From assembly GCA_045538595.1 (NCBI GenBank), contig JAZSRS010000007.1:1-58028 (forward strand): a stretch of DNA of 58,028 nucleotides, written 5' to 3'. Origin of the DNA: Faecousia sp. (GTDB taxonomy: Bacteria > Bacillota > Clostridia > Oscillospirales > Oscillospiraceae). The position numbers were made by a program, and so were the translations under genes. The notes beneath the pieces are model-generated. The model saw only the letters and a program-made list of their open reading frames with translations. It had not been told where the DNA came from and made no database searches. The number at the start of each line of letters is the position of its first letter. Positions within the stretch are counted from its first letter, which is position 1. Shown here one piece after another: positions 9,538-19,676 of this stretch.

Positions 9538-11217
9538 ATGGCTGAAATCACAGAAAGCAAAAATTTCATCCATGCATTTATTGATGAGGATATTGCCGAG
9601 GGCGGTCGCTATGCCGGTATGACAGTGCATACCCGTTTCCCGCCGGAGCCTAACGGATATTTGCATATTGGTCACTGCAAGGCCCTGATCATCGACTTTG
9701 GCACTGCCGAGAAGTACGGTGGCCTTTGCAATCTGCGTATGGACGATACCAACCCCACCAAGGAAGATGTAGAGTTTGTAGAGGCCATCAAAGAGGACAT
9801 TCACTGGCTGGGCTTTGACTGGGGCGACCGGTTCTACTACGGTTCTGACTACTTTGAGAAGGACTACGAGTATGCCGTGGAACTGATCAAGAAGGGTCTG
9901 GCCTATGTGTGCGAACTGACCCCTGAGGAATTTAAGGAAAATCGCGGTGATCTGAACACCCCCGCCACCTCCCCCTATCGGGACAGACCCATCCAGGAGG
10001 GTCTTGACCTGTTTGCCCGTATGCGGGCCGGCGAGTTTGAGGACAATCGCTACACCCTGCGTGCTAAAATTGACCTTGCCTCCGGCAACTTTAATATGCG
10101 AGACCCGGTCATTTACCGGATTCGTCATATGCACCATCACCGTCAGGGCGACAAGTGGTGCATCTATCCTATGTACGACTTTGCTCACCCCATTCAGGAC
10201 GCATTGGAGGGTATTACCCATTCTTTGTGTTCTTTGGAATTTGAAAACCACAGACCCCTTTACAATTGGGTTGTGGAAAATGTTTCCGTGCCCCACCATC
10301 CCCGCCAGATCGAATTTGCTCGGTTGGGTATTGACCACACTGTTCTGTCCAAGAGAAAACTTCGCCAGTTGGTGGAAGAAGGCCGGGTCTCCGGTTGGGA
10401 TGATCCCCGTATGCCTACCCTCTGCGGTCTGCGCCGTCGAGGCTATACCCCTGCTGCGATCCGCAACTTCTGTGATCGGGTAGGTGTGGCAAAGTCCCCC
10501 AACACCATTGAATTTGCATTCCTGGAGCACTGTCTGCGGGAAGACCTGAACGAAACCGCACAGCGGGTTATGGCGGTTATCAAGCCCATCAAACTGACCA
10601 TTACCAACTATCCGGAGGGTCAGAGCGAAGAATTTGAAATTGAGAACAATCCCAACAAGCCGGAGGACGGCACCCGGAAGGTTTCCTTCTCCCGGAGTCT
10701 GTGGATCGAGGCCGATGACTTCCTGAAAGAACCAGTTCCCAAGTACAAGCGACTTTATCCGGAAGGACCGGAATGCCGGCTGAAGGGTGCTTATGTGATT
10801 CAGTGCACCGGTTGTGTGACCGACGAGAACGGCAATGTTACCGAAGTACTGGCCACCTACGATCCCGACTCCAAGGGCGGCGATCCCGCCGACGGGCGGA
10901 AGATCAAGGGTGCAACCATTCACTGGGTGGATGCCAACAACTGCTGCGAAGCAGAGGTCCGTCAGTACAGCAATCTGTTTGATGATGCCGATCCCGATGC
11001 TTCCGGCAAGGATTTCCTGTCCTGCCTGAATCCCAATTCTCTGGAAGTGCTCACCGGCTGCAAACTGGAAGCCAGCCTAAAGGACGCAAAAGCACCTGCT
11101 TCCTATCAGTTCATGCGGTTGGGTTACTTCTGCCCCGACTCCAAGGATTCCTCCCCGGATCACTTGGTGTTTAATCGCTCCGTCAGTCTGAAAGACAGTT
11201 TTAAACCAACAAAATAA
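9538..11217 (+). CDS. glnS: Glutamine--tRNA ligase
   Basis: TRFPPEPNGYLHIGH, LRMDDTNP, IYPMYDFAH, VLSKR, GWDDPRMPT, YQFMRLGYF. Confidence 0.97.
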   Translation: MAEITESKNFIHAFIDEDIAEGGRYAGMTVHTRFPPEPNGYLHIGHCKALIIDFGTAEKYGGLCNLRMDDTNPTKEDVEFVEAIKEDIHWLGFDWGDRFYYGSDYFEKDYEYAVELIKKGLAYVCELTPEEFKENRGDLNTPATSPYRDRPIQEGLDLFARMRAGEFEDNRYTLRAKIDLASGNFNMRDPVIYRIRHMHHHRQGDKWCIYPMYDFAHPIQDALEGITHSLCSLEFENHRPLYNWVVENVSVPHHPRQIEFARLGIDHTVLSKRKLRQLVEEGRVSGWDDPRMPTLCGLRRRGYTPAAIRNFCDRVGVAKSPNTIEFAFLEHCLREDLNETAQRVMAVIKPIKLTITNYPEGQSEEFEIENNPNKPEDGTRKVSFSRSLWIEADDFLKEPVPKYKRLYPEGPECRLKGAYVIQCTGCVTDENGNVTEVLATYDPDSKGGDPADGRKIKGATIHWVDANNCCEAEVRQYSNLFDDADPDASGKDFLSCLNPNSLEVLTGCKLEASLKDAKAPASYQFMRLGYFCPDSKDSSPDHLVFNRSVSLKDSFKPTK

Positions 11218-11255
11218 CAGTTTCGCCCCGGACAAACAGCCCGGCTCGTTTTCTT

Positions 11256-11966
11256 TTACGCGCAACTGGTTTGGCGAAGCAGTTCTTTCCGCAATTTCAG
11301 CATAATCCGCTTTTCCAGCCGGGAGATGTAGGATTGGGAGATGCCCATATACTGGGCCACCTCCTTTTGGGTCAGTTCCTGATGACCGTAAAGACCAAAT
11401 CGCATCACGATGATCTCCCGCTCCCGGGGTGGCAGATCTTTGACCGCCTGCCGCAGTACGCATAGGTCCACATCGTCCTCCAAGGGTCTGAGGATCATAT
11501 CCTCATCCGTACCTAAAATGTCCGACAGCAGCAATTCATTGCCGTCGTAGTCCATATTGATGGGCTCATCTAAAGATACCTCCGATTTTTGGGAGGAAAT
11601 TTTGCGGATGTGCATCAAGATTTCATTTTCGATGCAGCGGGAGGCATAGGTAGCAAGTTTCATATTCTTGTCCCTACGGTATGTACTGATGGCCTTGATC
11701 AGGCCGATGGTACCGATGGAGATCAAGTCCTCCAGACTGACCCCGGTATTTTCAAAACGCCGGGCAATAAACACCACCAGTCGCAGGTTATGTTCGATCA
11801 ATCGGTGTTTGGCGCTCTCATCTCCCTCCTCCAATGCAGCCAGCGCCACCTGCTCGTCCTCCCCTTTTAAGGGAGGCGGCAGAACATCGGCGCCGCCAAT
11901 ATAGTAGACACATCTTTGGGGCAGCAACCCTAACTTCGTCAACAAAATCAGCATTTTTCCCTTCAT
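11256..11966 (-). CDS. sigE: Sporulation sigma factor SigE (pro-sigma E)
   Basis: [70 protein letters not shown] overlap with the spoIIGA stop. Confidence 0.95.
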   Translation of the reverse strand: MKGKMLILLTKLGLLPQRCVYYIGGADVLPPPLKGEDEQVALAALEEGDESAKHRLIEHNLRLVVFIARRFENTGVSLEDLISIGTIGLIKAISTYRRDKNMKLATYASRCIENEILMHIRKISSQKSEVSLDEPINMDYDGNELLLSDILGTDEDMILRPLEDDVDLCVLRQAVKDLPPREREIIVMRFGLYGHQELTQKEVAQYMGISQSYISRLEKRIMLKLRKELLRQTSCA

Positions 11967-12727
11967 ATGACTCCTCCTGTCAGTGCTTGATATGCTCCTT
12001 CTGCACTCAATCCCTCCGGCGCAAATGCTACCAAAGTACTGCCTTGCCATTGACCGATCTTCACATCCTGCAGTCGCAAGGCCAGTAGAAAACTACATTT
12101 ATCAATACTGCGGTAGGGTATCAGCCGCAATCCCGGCAATATGCCCACGGACTCCACCGGATTTTGCAGTTGCTGCCTTGTTAGCCCCAGTAGTTCACCG
12201 GCCACATCTGCCCCCACCACCAGCACCTGCCGTCCGGTAATGGGATCCCGGAGGGTGTTGCCCGTATCCTGCAGGGCAGTAAGTTGCAGGCGTTTTTGTC
12301 CATAGTTTAGTTCCACAGGAATATAGGCCGCTCTGGCAGAATGCCCGGCAAATCGGAAACAACAAAGCCAGCAGATCAAGCCCGCTGCGCAGATCACACC
12401 AGTTATACCGCCATTACCCAGTCCTAAGATCACCCCGCCCAAAATCAGGGACAAAAAGGAGAACACCAAACCTCTGCGCAATCCGCTAATCGACAGGCCG
12501 TAGGCAATGACCGCCACAAGGGCAAGGCTTACAAGCCGCCATAGAATATTTCCCAGGAAATGAAACCCCGGCAACAGGCAAGCGCCGGCGTAAATACTCC
12601 CCAATCCGCTGCCTACTGCGGTCCTCCATATACTGACAGGACAACCGCAAAATCGCGCCGCACCTACCAGCAGCAGGAAATTCACCAAAAAATTCAGCAA
12701 CATAACACCCTCTGTCCGGACCATCAT
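11963..12727 (-). CDS. spoIIGA: Sigma-E processing peptidase SpoIIGA
   Basis: Multi-TM N-terminus ([11 protein letters not shown]), aspartic-protease motif [19 protein letters not shown]; directly upstream of sigE. Confidence 0.93.
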   Translation of the reverse strand: MMVRTEGVMLLNFLVNFLLLVGAARFCGCPVSIWRTAVGSGLGSIYAGACLLPGFHFLGNILWRLVSLALVAVIAYGLSISGLRRGLVFSFLSLILGGVILGLGNGGITGVICAAGLICWLCCFRFAGHSARAAYIPVELNYGQKRLQLTALQDTGNTLRDPITGRQVLVVGADVAGELLGLTRQQLQNPVESVGILPGLRLIPYRSIDKCSFLLALRLQDVKIGQWQGSTLVAFAPEGLSAEGAYQALTGGVI

Positions 12728-12853
12728 CGGTGCACCCCCTTTTCGTGCACTCAGTATATCCTGTGGCAGCAAAAAATCCAGTCGGTTGAGGTGGGGGGTT
12801 CCTCTACACATTCCCCCTCTCCCCTGTGGATTTCTACCGGCAGTTAGAACAAA

Positions 12854-12890
12854 TCAAAAAATACGTCAGCCGATTGTATCGGCTGCCGTT
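12854..12890 (-). terminator. Intrinsic terminator after the DUF951 gene
   Basis: Minus strand CGGCAGCCGATACAATCGGCTGACG followed by TATTTTTTG. Confidence 0.65.
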
Positions 12891-13082
12891 TCATTCTGTC
12901 GAGATATTCTTTTGAATGTGGCGAATATTTTTCTCCGCCTTAAATCGGGGGGTCATCAATTCGTGGCCGCAGCCTAAGCATTTGAGTCGAAAGTCTGCGC
13001 CGGTACGCAGCACCTTCCACTGCTTCTCACCGCAAGGGTGTGCCTTCTTCATTGTCAGGATATCTCCTACCTGTACATCCAT
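12891..13082 (-). CDS. DUF951 family small protein
   Basis: MDVQVGDILTMKKAHPCG...RTGADFRLKCLGCGH matches the DUF951 pattern; GGGGAG RBS. Confidence 0.88.
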   Translation of the reverse strand: MDVQVGDILTMKKAHPCGEKQWKVLRTGADFRLKCLGCGHELMTPRFKAEKNIRHIQKNISTE

Positions 13083-13083
13083 A

Positions 13084-14346
13084 CTACTCCCCCTTTATGG
13101 CTGCCCAGTACTGTTTGGCGGCCTGCTCCAATTTATTATCGCCGTAGGTGTAATACTTTGTGCCAATCAGTTCGTCCGGCAGGTACTGCTGCTGCACCCA
13201 ATGATTGGGGTAACTGTGGGGATAGTTGTAGCCCTGCTCCCGCTCCATGGTGTAGGTGTCTGCGTGCATATTTTGCAGATGGCGGGGAAAATCAAAACTT
13301 TTCCCTTTCCGGACATCAGCCAAAGCACTGTCTAATGCCACATGGCCGGTGTTGGACTTGGGGCTGGTAGCCATCAGCACTGCCGCGTCGCCCAAGGGAA
13401 TCCGTGCCTCCGGCATGCCCAGCATCAAGGCCATATCCACACAGGATTTTACAATAGGAAGGATCATAGGGTAAGCCAGTCCAATATCCTCCGCGGCGAT
13501 CACCATCAGTCGGCGGCAGGCGGACTGCATCTGACCAACCTCCAAAAGCCTTGCCAGATAGTGGCAGGCGGCATCCGGGTCAGAGCCGCGAATGGACTTC
13601 TGTAAGGCAGAAAGCAGATCATAGTGGTTATCCCCATCTCTATCGGCACGCATAGCGCTCTTTTGGGTCACAACCTTCGCGTCCTCCAGCGTCAGATGCA
13701 GTATATCCCCCTCCGGAACGCCGGCAGAAAAAAGCACCTCGATGGCGTTCAGCGCCTTACGGAGATCTCCACCGCAAGCAGAGGAAATATATTCCAATGT
13801 TCCCTCTTCGCAGTTGGCTTTCAAGGCAGTCCGCTGCTCCATATGCTCCACTGCCCGCTTCACGGCCTGCAGCACTGCCTGGGCAGACAGTTGCTTAAAT
13901 TCAAATACCGTGGAGCGGCTTAAGATTGCGTTGAATACATAGAAATAAGGATTCTCCGTGGTGGAAGCGATCAGGGTGATCTTGCCGTTTTCAATGTGCT
14001 CCAAAAGAGACTGCTGCTGCTTCTTGTTGAAAGACTGGATCTCGTCCAGATACAGAAGCGCACCGTTGGGGGCCATAAAGGTATCCAGTTCTGCCACGAT
14101 GTTTTTGATATCCGCAGTGGAGGCGGTGGTGGCATTCAGTTGGTACAAAGTGCGGTTGGTCTGCTTGGCGATAATATTGGCAACGGTGGTCTTTCCCGTG
14201 CCGCTGGGGCCATAGAAGATCATATTGGGAATATTTCCCGAATCAATTAAGCGGCGAAGCACCGCTCCTTCTCCCAAAATATGCTCCTGCCCGTAGACTT
14301 CGTCCAGAGTCTCCGGTCGCAGCAGGTCTGCTAAAGGCTGATACAT
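13084..14346 (-). CDS. rarA: Replication-associated recombination protein A (MgsA/RarA AAA+ ATPase)
   Basis: PLADLLRP, GPSGTGKTT, LDEIQSFNKKQQ, STTENPYF, SALQKSIRGSDPDAA, QQYLPD. Confidence 0.96.
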   Translation of the reverse strand: MYQPLADLLRPETLDEVYGQEHILGEGAVLRRLIDSGNIPNMIFYGPSGTGKTTVANIIAKQTNRTLYQLNATTASTADIKNIVAELDTFMAPNGALLYLDEIQSFNKKQQQSLLEHIENGKITLIASTTENPYFYVFNAILSRSTVFEFKQLSAQAVLQAVKRAVEHMEQRTALKANCEEGTLEYISSACGGDLRKALNAIEVLFSAGVPEGDILHLTLEDAKVVTQKSAMRADRDGDNHYDLLSALQKSIRGSDPDAACHYLARLLEVGQMQSACRRLMVIAAEDIGLAYPMILPIVKSCVDMALMLGMPEARIPLGDAAVLMATSPKSNTGHVALDSALADVRKGKSFDFPRHLQNMHADTYTMEREQGYNYPHSYPNHWVQQQYLPDELIGTKYYTYGDNKLEQAAKQYWAAIKGE

Positions 14347-14362
14347 AGGCCGCTCCTTTCTG

Positions 14363-15304
14363 TCAAAATGTTGCTATATCGGGGATTGCCGGGTCTGCCG
14401 GCTCTACTTTGATTGCCATCAGCACAGGACCCAATTCCCCTTGGTATAAGACATGTTTTTCCGCCTGAATCGTGGCAGTCAGCGCTACCCAAGAACGGGG
14501 CTCTAAGGATTTGGCACCCTCATAACGGCAGGGTACACCGCAGAACTGAATGTCATCTTCGCAGCAGGTCATTACAAACCGGCCAGGGGCAAACATACCG
14601 TTCTTCTCTCGACGGAGCATTGCCACCTGTCCCTTAAAACTGACGGTTTTGCCGTGGTATTTCTGAGGCTCTTCCGTAACATCCCGATACCACAGAGCAT
14701 AGTCCTGATCACCCACCATAATCACCGGGGCATTGATGTCAAAGGGCAGTGGGTCTTCAATATCGTCAAAAGAGGTGGTGCCGTCGGTATAGTCGTAGAG
14801 AATGTCCATTCTTCTGTTGGCGGCGCGAACCAGTTTATGCAGAGGCATAACATCCTGACCGGGCGCCAGGCGGTTGAATACCACCATCTGTCCACCCACC
14901 AGTTTGTCCATAACCAGATTGCGCATATTGGCATTGTAGGCCATAATGGTGGTGGAATCGGCAAACATCACTTCCTGCGCAATGGCCCATTCCTCGGGGA
15001 ATCGGCTATACAGGTCTCCCACCATACACATACCATTCAGTTCTGCAACCACGCGCTGGATTTTGTGTTTCTTAGCCAGTTCTCGCAACTGCTTGGTGGT
15101 AACTGTCTGCTGGTCTACCACCTCTAAAAACACATTCTGATGAGGATAAGTGGAGAAATCATATTCCTCCTCACCCTCTTCACATACCAGTAGCAAAGTG
15201 CGCTCACCGGCATTGAAACAGGGATCTTCTAAGGTTTCCTGAATAAATTTCGTCTTTCCGGAATCCAAAAATCCTGTGAATACATATACGGGAATCTGTA
15301 TCAT
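14363..15304 (-). CDS. CobW-like GTPase domain with a C-terminal MTCC-containing domain (metal homeostasis partner)
   Basis: PVYVFTGFLDSGKT, CEEGEEEYD, ELNGM; C-terminal GRFVMTCCEDDIQF. Lies directly after the COG0523 gene. Confidence 0.8.
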   Translation of the reverse strand: MIQIPVYVFTGFLDSGKTKFIQETLEDPCFNAGERTLLLVCEEGEEEYDFSTYPHQNVFLEVVDQQTVTTKQLRELAKKHKIQRVVAELNGMCMVGDLYSRFPEEWAIAQEVMFADSTTIMAYNANMRNLVMDKLVGGQMVVFNRLAPGQDVMPLHKLVRAANRRMDILYDYTDGTTSFDDIEDPLPFDINAPVIMVGDQDYALWYRDVTEEPQKYHGKTVSFKGQVAMLRREKNGMFAPGRFVMTCCEDDIQFCGVPCRYEGAKSLEPRSWVALTATIQAEKHVLYQGELGPVLMAIKVEPADPAIPDIATF

Positions 15305-15305
15305 A

Positions 15306-16580
15306 TTACACTCCAAACAGTTCTGTGATCATCGTTTCCTTCAGTTCTGCGCCAATAACACAGAGTTTACCGGTAACGGCGGCAGCGCCGGTACGCAGAT
15401 TGATCTCACCGGGGACATAGTCAAAGTGGAGCCAACTGCCGTCCTCTGTTGCAACAATGCCCTTGGCACGCAGCACAGCGCCACAAGCACCGCTGTCCAA
15501 GATTTCCAGCGCGTAGCGGATGGTTTCCGCAGTAAATTTCTTATGGGTCTCCACGCCCCAGGACTGGAACACTTCGTCTGCGTGGTGGTCGTGATGATGG
15601 TGGTCGTGGCCGCAGGAGCAGTGTTCCTCGTGGTCATGGTGGTGATGTTCACCGTGGTGGCCGCAGCAGTGGTGCTCCTCGTGGTCGTGGTGATGGTGTT
15701 CCCCGTGGTGGCCGCAGCAGTGGTGCTCCTCGTGGTCGTGGTGATGGTGTTCCCCGTGGTGGCTGCAGCAATGGTGCTCCTCGTGGTTGTGGTGATGGTG
15801 TTCCCCGTGGTGGCCGCAGCAGTGGTGCTCCTCGTGGTCGTGGTGATGGTGTTCACCGTGATAGCTGCAGCAATGGTGCTCCTCGTGGTCGTGGTGATGG
15901 TGTTCACCGTGGTGACCGCAGCAACAATGTTCCCCGTGGTGATGGTGGAGTTCCTCCTCCATTTCTGCCAAGTCAGCAGATACCTTTGCATCGCCCTGCA
16001 TAGCCTCCATCAGTTGGGTGCCTGTGAGTTGATCCCAAGGGGTGGTTACGATAGTGGCAGTGGGGTTGTGTTCCCGGAGCAATTCCACCGCAGCATCCAG
16101 TTTTTGCTGGGGAACAGTATCTGTACGGGACAGGATGATGGTGGCTGCGGTTTCGATCTGGTTATTATAGAACTCGCCGAAATTCTTCATATAGACCTTC
16201 ACTTTACCGGCATCGGCAACGGCAACGGTGCAATCCAGCACTACATTCTCGCCAGCCACCTTATTCACCGCGGCGATCACATCGGACAGTTTGCCTACGC
16301 CGGAAGGTTCGATCACGATCCGGTCCGGGGCATACTCTGTAATCACTTGGGTCAGGGCTTTGCCAAAATCACCCACCAGACTACAACAAATGCAGCCGGA
16401 GTTCATCTCGGTAATATTGATGCCTGCATCCTGCAAGAAACCGCCATCAATGCCGATCTCGCCAAATTCGTTTTCAATCAGCACCAACTTCTGGCCTGCG
16501 TAACACTCGGAGATCATTTTTTTAATGAGGGTAGTTTTTCCTGCTCCTAAAAAGCCGGAATATATATCGATTTTGGTCAT
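15306..16580 (-). CDS. COG0523/CobW-family G3E GTPase metallochaperone with a long His/Cys-rich insert
   Basis: [28 protein letters not shown] metal motif, IEPSG; C-terminal LRAKG and LCVIG. Confidence 0.93.
   Translation of the reverse strand: MTKIDIYSGFLGAGKTTLIKKMISECYAGQKLVLIENEFGEIGIDGGFLQDAGINITEMNSGCICCSLVGDFGKALTQVITEYAPDRIVIEPSGVGKLSDVIAAVNKVAGENVVLDCTVAVADAGKVKVYMKNFGEFYNNQIETAATIILSRTDTVPQQKLDAAVELLREHNPTATIVTTPWDQLTGTQLMEAMQGDAKVSADLAEMEEELHHHHGEHCCCGHHGEHHHHDHEEHHCCSYHGEHHHHDHEEHHCCGHHGEHHHHNHEEHHCCSHHGEHHHHDHEEHHCCGHHGEHHHHDHEEHHCCGHHGEHHHHDHEEHCSCGHDHHHHDHHADEVFQSWGVETHKKFTAETIRYALEILDSGACGAVLRAKGIVATEDGSWLHFDYVPGEINLRTGAAAVTGKLCVIGAELKETMITELFGV
15624..15929 (-). repeat. Six tandem 51-bp repeats encoding about [17 protein letters not shown]
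   Basis: Directly visible 51-nt period (ggtgctcctcgtggtcgtggtgatggtgttccccgtggtggccgcagcagt), flanked by degenerate His-rich partial units. Confidence 0.95.
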
Positions 16581-16689
16581 TTCAATTCACACTTTCTTTA
16601 TTGTTATTTTTCCATATGCGGACATATTCACACAGTATAACTATACCACATATTTCCAAAAAAATCCATTATAAATCTGCTTTTCTGCA

Positions 16690-16724
16690 AGAAAAACCGG
16701 GCGACACTTTCGTGCCGCCCGGTT
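16690..16724 (-). terminator. Intrinsic terminator after the first 882-aa paralog; left edge of the carbohydrate locus
   Basis: AACCGGGCG...CGCCCGGTT stem with a T run on the minus strand. Confidence 0.75.
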
Positions 16725-16743
16725 GGGTTTCAAATGTGTGCAA

Positions 16744-19392
16744 TCAGAACACTTCGATCTCGTAGAGTTCTACCACACCAGCCTTGAACTCCAGCCGCAG
16801 TGCTTCGGGGCAGATGGTGTCCTTCAGCAGGAATGTGGTTGAGAATTCCTCGGTCTGCACTTCTGCGATCTCAGGAACGCTCAGTTCGCCGTTATTGCGG
16901 ACGCGGATCTCCATATCGGAGATGTTGTAGCCGTGGACAACCACCTTATTGAAGTGGGGCTGCACCTTGGTCAGGTTCAGTTCCAGGAACTTCTCGCCGG
17001 CGGCTCTGCTTTCCCAACCCAAATCGTCCGGAACGCCGTCAAAGAGTTTCATACACCAACCCAAACCGGAGGAACCGGCAGACTTGGTAATTTCAATGTC
17101 GCCATTTCTTTCGAACAGCAGGCTGCCGCGGTGGGTTCTCTCATACTCAGCCTTTTCCACAACAGCCAGAGTCTCTTCATAGGTAGGCAGACCCTGATCC
17201 TTCACCTCGGATGTACCAACCAGCACTTCCAGAGGTTTCAGGTTAAAAGTATTACCGTTGATCTCACTGTTCTGACGGAATGCGTGCCAAATGCCGCTGA
17301 TGCCGTCCAGAGTGACCTTCTGAGGCTCGTTGGTCATATTACAAACAACAAACATCTTCTCGTCGCCCAGTTCGTAAAGCACGGAGTCAATCTCATTATT
17401 TCGTAGCAGTACTGTACGGCTGCCATGAAGAATCATCTCTTCCAATGCCTCAAAACTGGAAAATGCGTAACGAGTACCCTCATAGATGGAGGCGCGGTCA
17501 TTGATATCGTGGTAGGCGTAGGGCCACAGGCTCTTGCCGCCGTGGATCATACCCACCCAAGTATGGCAGATATACTCGTCAAATGTGGGGTACGGATCCT
17601 TTCTTCCCTTCAACTCGGCAAAGCAAGTGGGCAGGAAGCCGATACACTTGTCGGATCTGTTCATCTTGGCAATGTCGTCTACATATTTACCAACTGTGGC
17701 GATATTGCGGACATAAACGCGGGTCCCATCCTCAGCCGTGCTGGGGTTGATATAGGGGTGGGTCTCAAACCAGTCAGCTGCATTGACCATAGTATTGGCG
17801 CTGCGAGTGCCGATCAAAACCACATGGTAGGGGTCCATCTCGGTGATCAGGTCGTACAGATACTTCAGGTAGATGGGAGATACATACCGGCACTCCGGCT
17901 CATCGCACAGGTAGTAGTATGCAAAGTCCCGATCCTGATTGGATTCCACAATATGTTTTACGTGATCCAGCATCTTCTGGCTGGGGCTTGCATCCAATGT
18001 CGCTTCACCGCCCATGGCTTCCGAGCCGGGAATGATACGGAAGGCTTCCAAAGTACCCTCTTGAGAGCAGATTTCCAGCGTCTGGTGCAGGTTGTCGGCA
18101 TCATATTTCCGCTTAAAGGCTTCGCCGCCAAACCAGTAATCACCGTACAGGTTACGGCGCAGCACAGCCTTGCCGTTGACGATCAGATTACCCTCGGATA
18201 CCCAAGTCATCATGTGCTTGGAGGGAGGCAGGTTGCGAATCTTGGTAACGATTTCCTTTTCTGCAGTAGTGGCAGTCAGGTATGCGTCGCCCTTTTCAAA
18301 GTTGGGAGTAGCAAACACGAAGGTACCATCTTCATTGGGGGTGATCGTCTGGGTCTCAATGCCGGGGCCTTCCAGTTTCAGGGTGACAGGCAGGGCTGCC
18401 TTGACACAGCCTTCAATCGTAGTGGTATCCTGGCCGGGATAGAAGTTGGTACGGAATTCCGGCTTGGTGAAGGTCACCACCAGAGGCTCATAGGAAGCCT
18501 TTACGGGATAGTACCGCTTAAACTCTACGCCATCTTCTTTACGGGTCAGGGACACGGCTACTTTGTAACGGGTGAGATTCTCAAAATAGCAAGGAACTGT
18601 GAAGGTATTCAGACCCTCGTTCAGTACAACGGTGGTGGTGTCTGCGTGATCGGAATCAAACACAAATTCACCGCCGTATGCAGCATTGACATGCACATTC
18701 AATGTGCCGTGGTAGTTACCTTCCTTCTCTTCGTTGATCTCGGCGGTAACCAAAGAAATGTGCAGTTCGTTCTTGGGGGAACGAATGGGGAAACCGTCCA
18801 AAGAATTGAACTTATTGGGGAACAGGAAACCGTCAGTTAGGAAACTCCAACTACTAAGTTGTAAGGCATTCTGTCTATCTCTGTGGCGACGAGCCACATT
18901 GACCAACCACTTGGTATTCCAGCGATCCTGGGTAGTCATATAAAGGGCGGTAAAGGGAATCTCTACCTCAGCAGACCAATAATCTTCACCCACATAAGTA
19001 GCATAGTTCCACTCCGGCGCATAGGGATCAGGTCGGATATTGCCGCCCTCTTCGTAATAACTGGTGATCTTAATATTCTTGGGAGAAATATAGAACTGAT
19101 AGAAGTCATAGGGGTTGCCGGATACGGAGAGGAACAGTTCGATGCCTTCCGCACCCCAGGCATCATAGTTGGCTGCCATCATCCGCTTAGTATCGATAGT
19201 CGGGCAATAAAAACCAAAGTAGATCCGATCTTCGCAGGGAATGATCTTAAAGAAAGTCTGCTCTTCCTGTAGCAGTTCGCCCTTAAGATCCACTTTTCTA
19301 AAACCGGTATATTCCTCTACTTGATTCCACACCGGCTCGTCCATACGGCCATCTAATGTAATGCAGTCTACGGGATACAGTTTGTTCTCCAT
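16744..19392 (-). CDS. 882-aa putative cytoplasmic carbohydrate-active enzyme (CBM9-like domain, putative barrel, C-terminal beta-sandwich), copy A
   Basis: Start moved to ATG 19392 (MENKLYP, AAGGAG RBS), giving the same length as the adjacent paralog. ITLDGRMDEPVW / EGIELFL / WSAEVEIPF resemble CBM9-like domains; YYYLCDEPE resembles a hydrolase acid/base motif. No signal peptide. Confidence 0.75.
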   Translation of the reverse strand: MENKLYPVDCITLDGRMDEPVWNQVEEYTGFRKVDLKGELLQEEQTFFKIIPCEDRIYFGFYCPTIDTKRMMAANYDAWGAEGIELFLSVSGNPYDFYQFYISPKNIKITSYYEEGGNIRPDPYAPEWNYATYVGEDYWSAEVEIPFTALYMTTQDRWNTKWLVNVARRHRDRQNALQLSSWSFLTDGFLFPNKFNSLDGFPIRSPKNELHISLVTAEINEEKEGNYHGTLNVHVNAAYGGEFVFDSDHADTTTVVLNEGLNTFTVPCYFENLTRYKVAVSLTRKEDGVEFKRYYPVKASYEPLVVTFTKPEFRTNFYPGQDTTTIEGCVKAALPVTLKLEGPGIETQTITPNEDGTFVFATPNFEKGDAYLTATTAEKEIVTKIRNLPPSKHMMTWVSEGNLIVNGKAVLRRNLYGDYWFGGEAFKRKYDADNLHQTLEICSQEGTLEAFRIIPGSEAMGGEATLDASPSQKMLDHVKHIVESNQDRDFAYYYLCDEPECRYVSPIYLKYLYDLITEMDPYHVVLIGTRSANTMVNAADWFETHPYINPSTAEDGTRVYVRNIATVGKYVDDIAKMNRSDKCIGFLPTCFAELKGRKDPYPTFDEYICHTWVGMIHGGKSLWPYAYHDINDRASIYEGTRYAFSSFEALEEMILHGSRTVLLRNNEIDSVLYELGDEKMFVVCNMTNEPQKVTLDGISGIWHAFRQNSEINGNTFNLKPLEVLVGTSEVKDQGLPTYEETLAVVEKAEYERTHRGSLLFERNGDIEITKSAGSSGLGWCMKLFDGVPDDLGWESRAAGEKFLELNLTKVQPHFNKVVVHGYNISDMEIRVRNNGELSVPEIAEVQTEEFSTTFLLKDTICPEALRLEFKAGVVELYEIEVF

Positions 19393-19523
19393 ACTTTCTC
19401 CTTTCCGATGTCTTTCTGTTTTCAGAAGACATACGGGTCGCCTATCTGCAAAGGCAACCATTGTGTAATTGCGGCATTATCACCGTTTTTTTGCAGCAAA
19501 TTTTCCCAAATTCGCTTATGGTC

Positions 19524-19551
19524 ATTATAACAAAGAAAGCAGAAATTGCAA
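19524..19551 (-). promoter_or_regulatory. Candidate sigma-A promoter of 882-aa copy A
   Basis: TTGCAA-16 nt-TATAAT with extended -10 TG. Confidence 0.6.
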
Positions 19552-19631
19552 TAGTTTTTCTGCAAAAAATCACCGATATTTTCGCCTTTTTGGGGGAAAA
19601 TACGACAGACCAACAAATGTTTTTGAACAGT

Positions 19632-19661
19632 AAAAACCGGGTGGTAAAAGCCACCCGGTTT
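19632..19661 (-). terminator. Intrinsic terminator after 882-aa copy B
   Basis: AAACCGGGTGGT-AAAA-GCCACCCGGTTT, with a T run on the minus strand. Confidence 0.75.
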
Positions 19662-19676
19662 CTTAAAAAAGATCAA

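Noticed and set aside
9538-11217. GlnRS in a Firmicute as an oddity, or a T-box leader
   Set aside because: GlnRS is common in Clostridia, and the promoter is too close to the ATG to leave room for a T-box.
15624-15929. Regularly spaced repeats as a possible CRISPR array
   Set aside because: The units are contiguous 51-bp in-frame coding repeats with no unique spacers, and no cas genes are nearby.
15276-16550. 424-aa Val-rich + strand ORF and 216-aa Thr-rich alternative-frame ORF
   Set aside because: Both are by-products of the His-codon repeat, which lacks stops in other frames.
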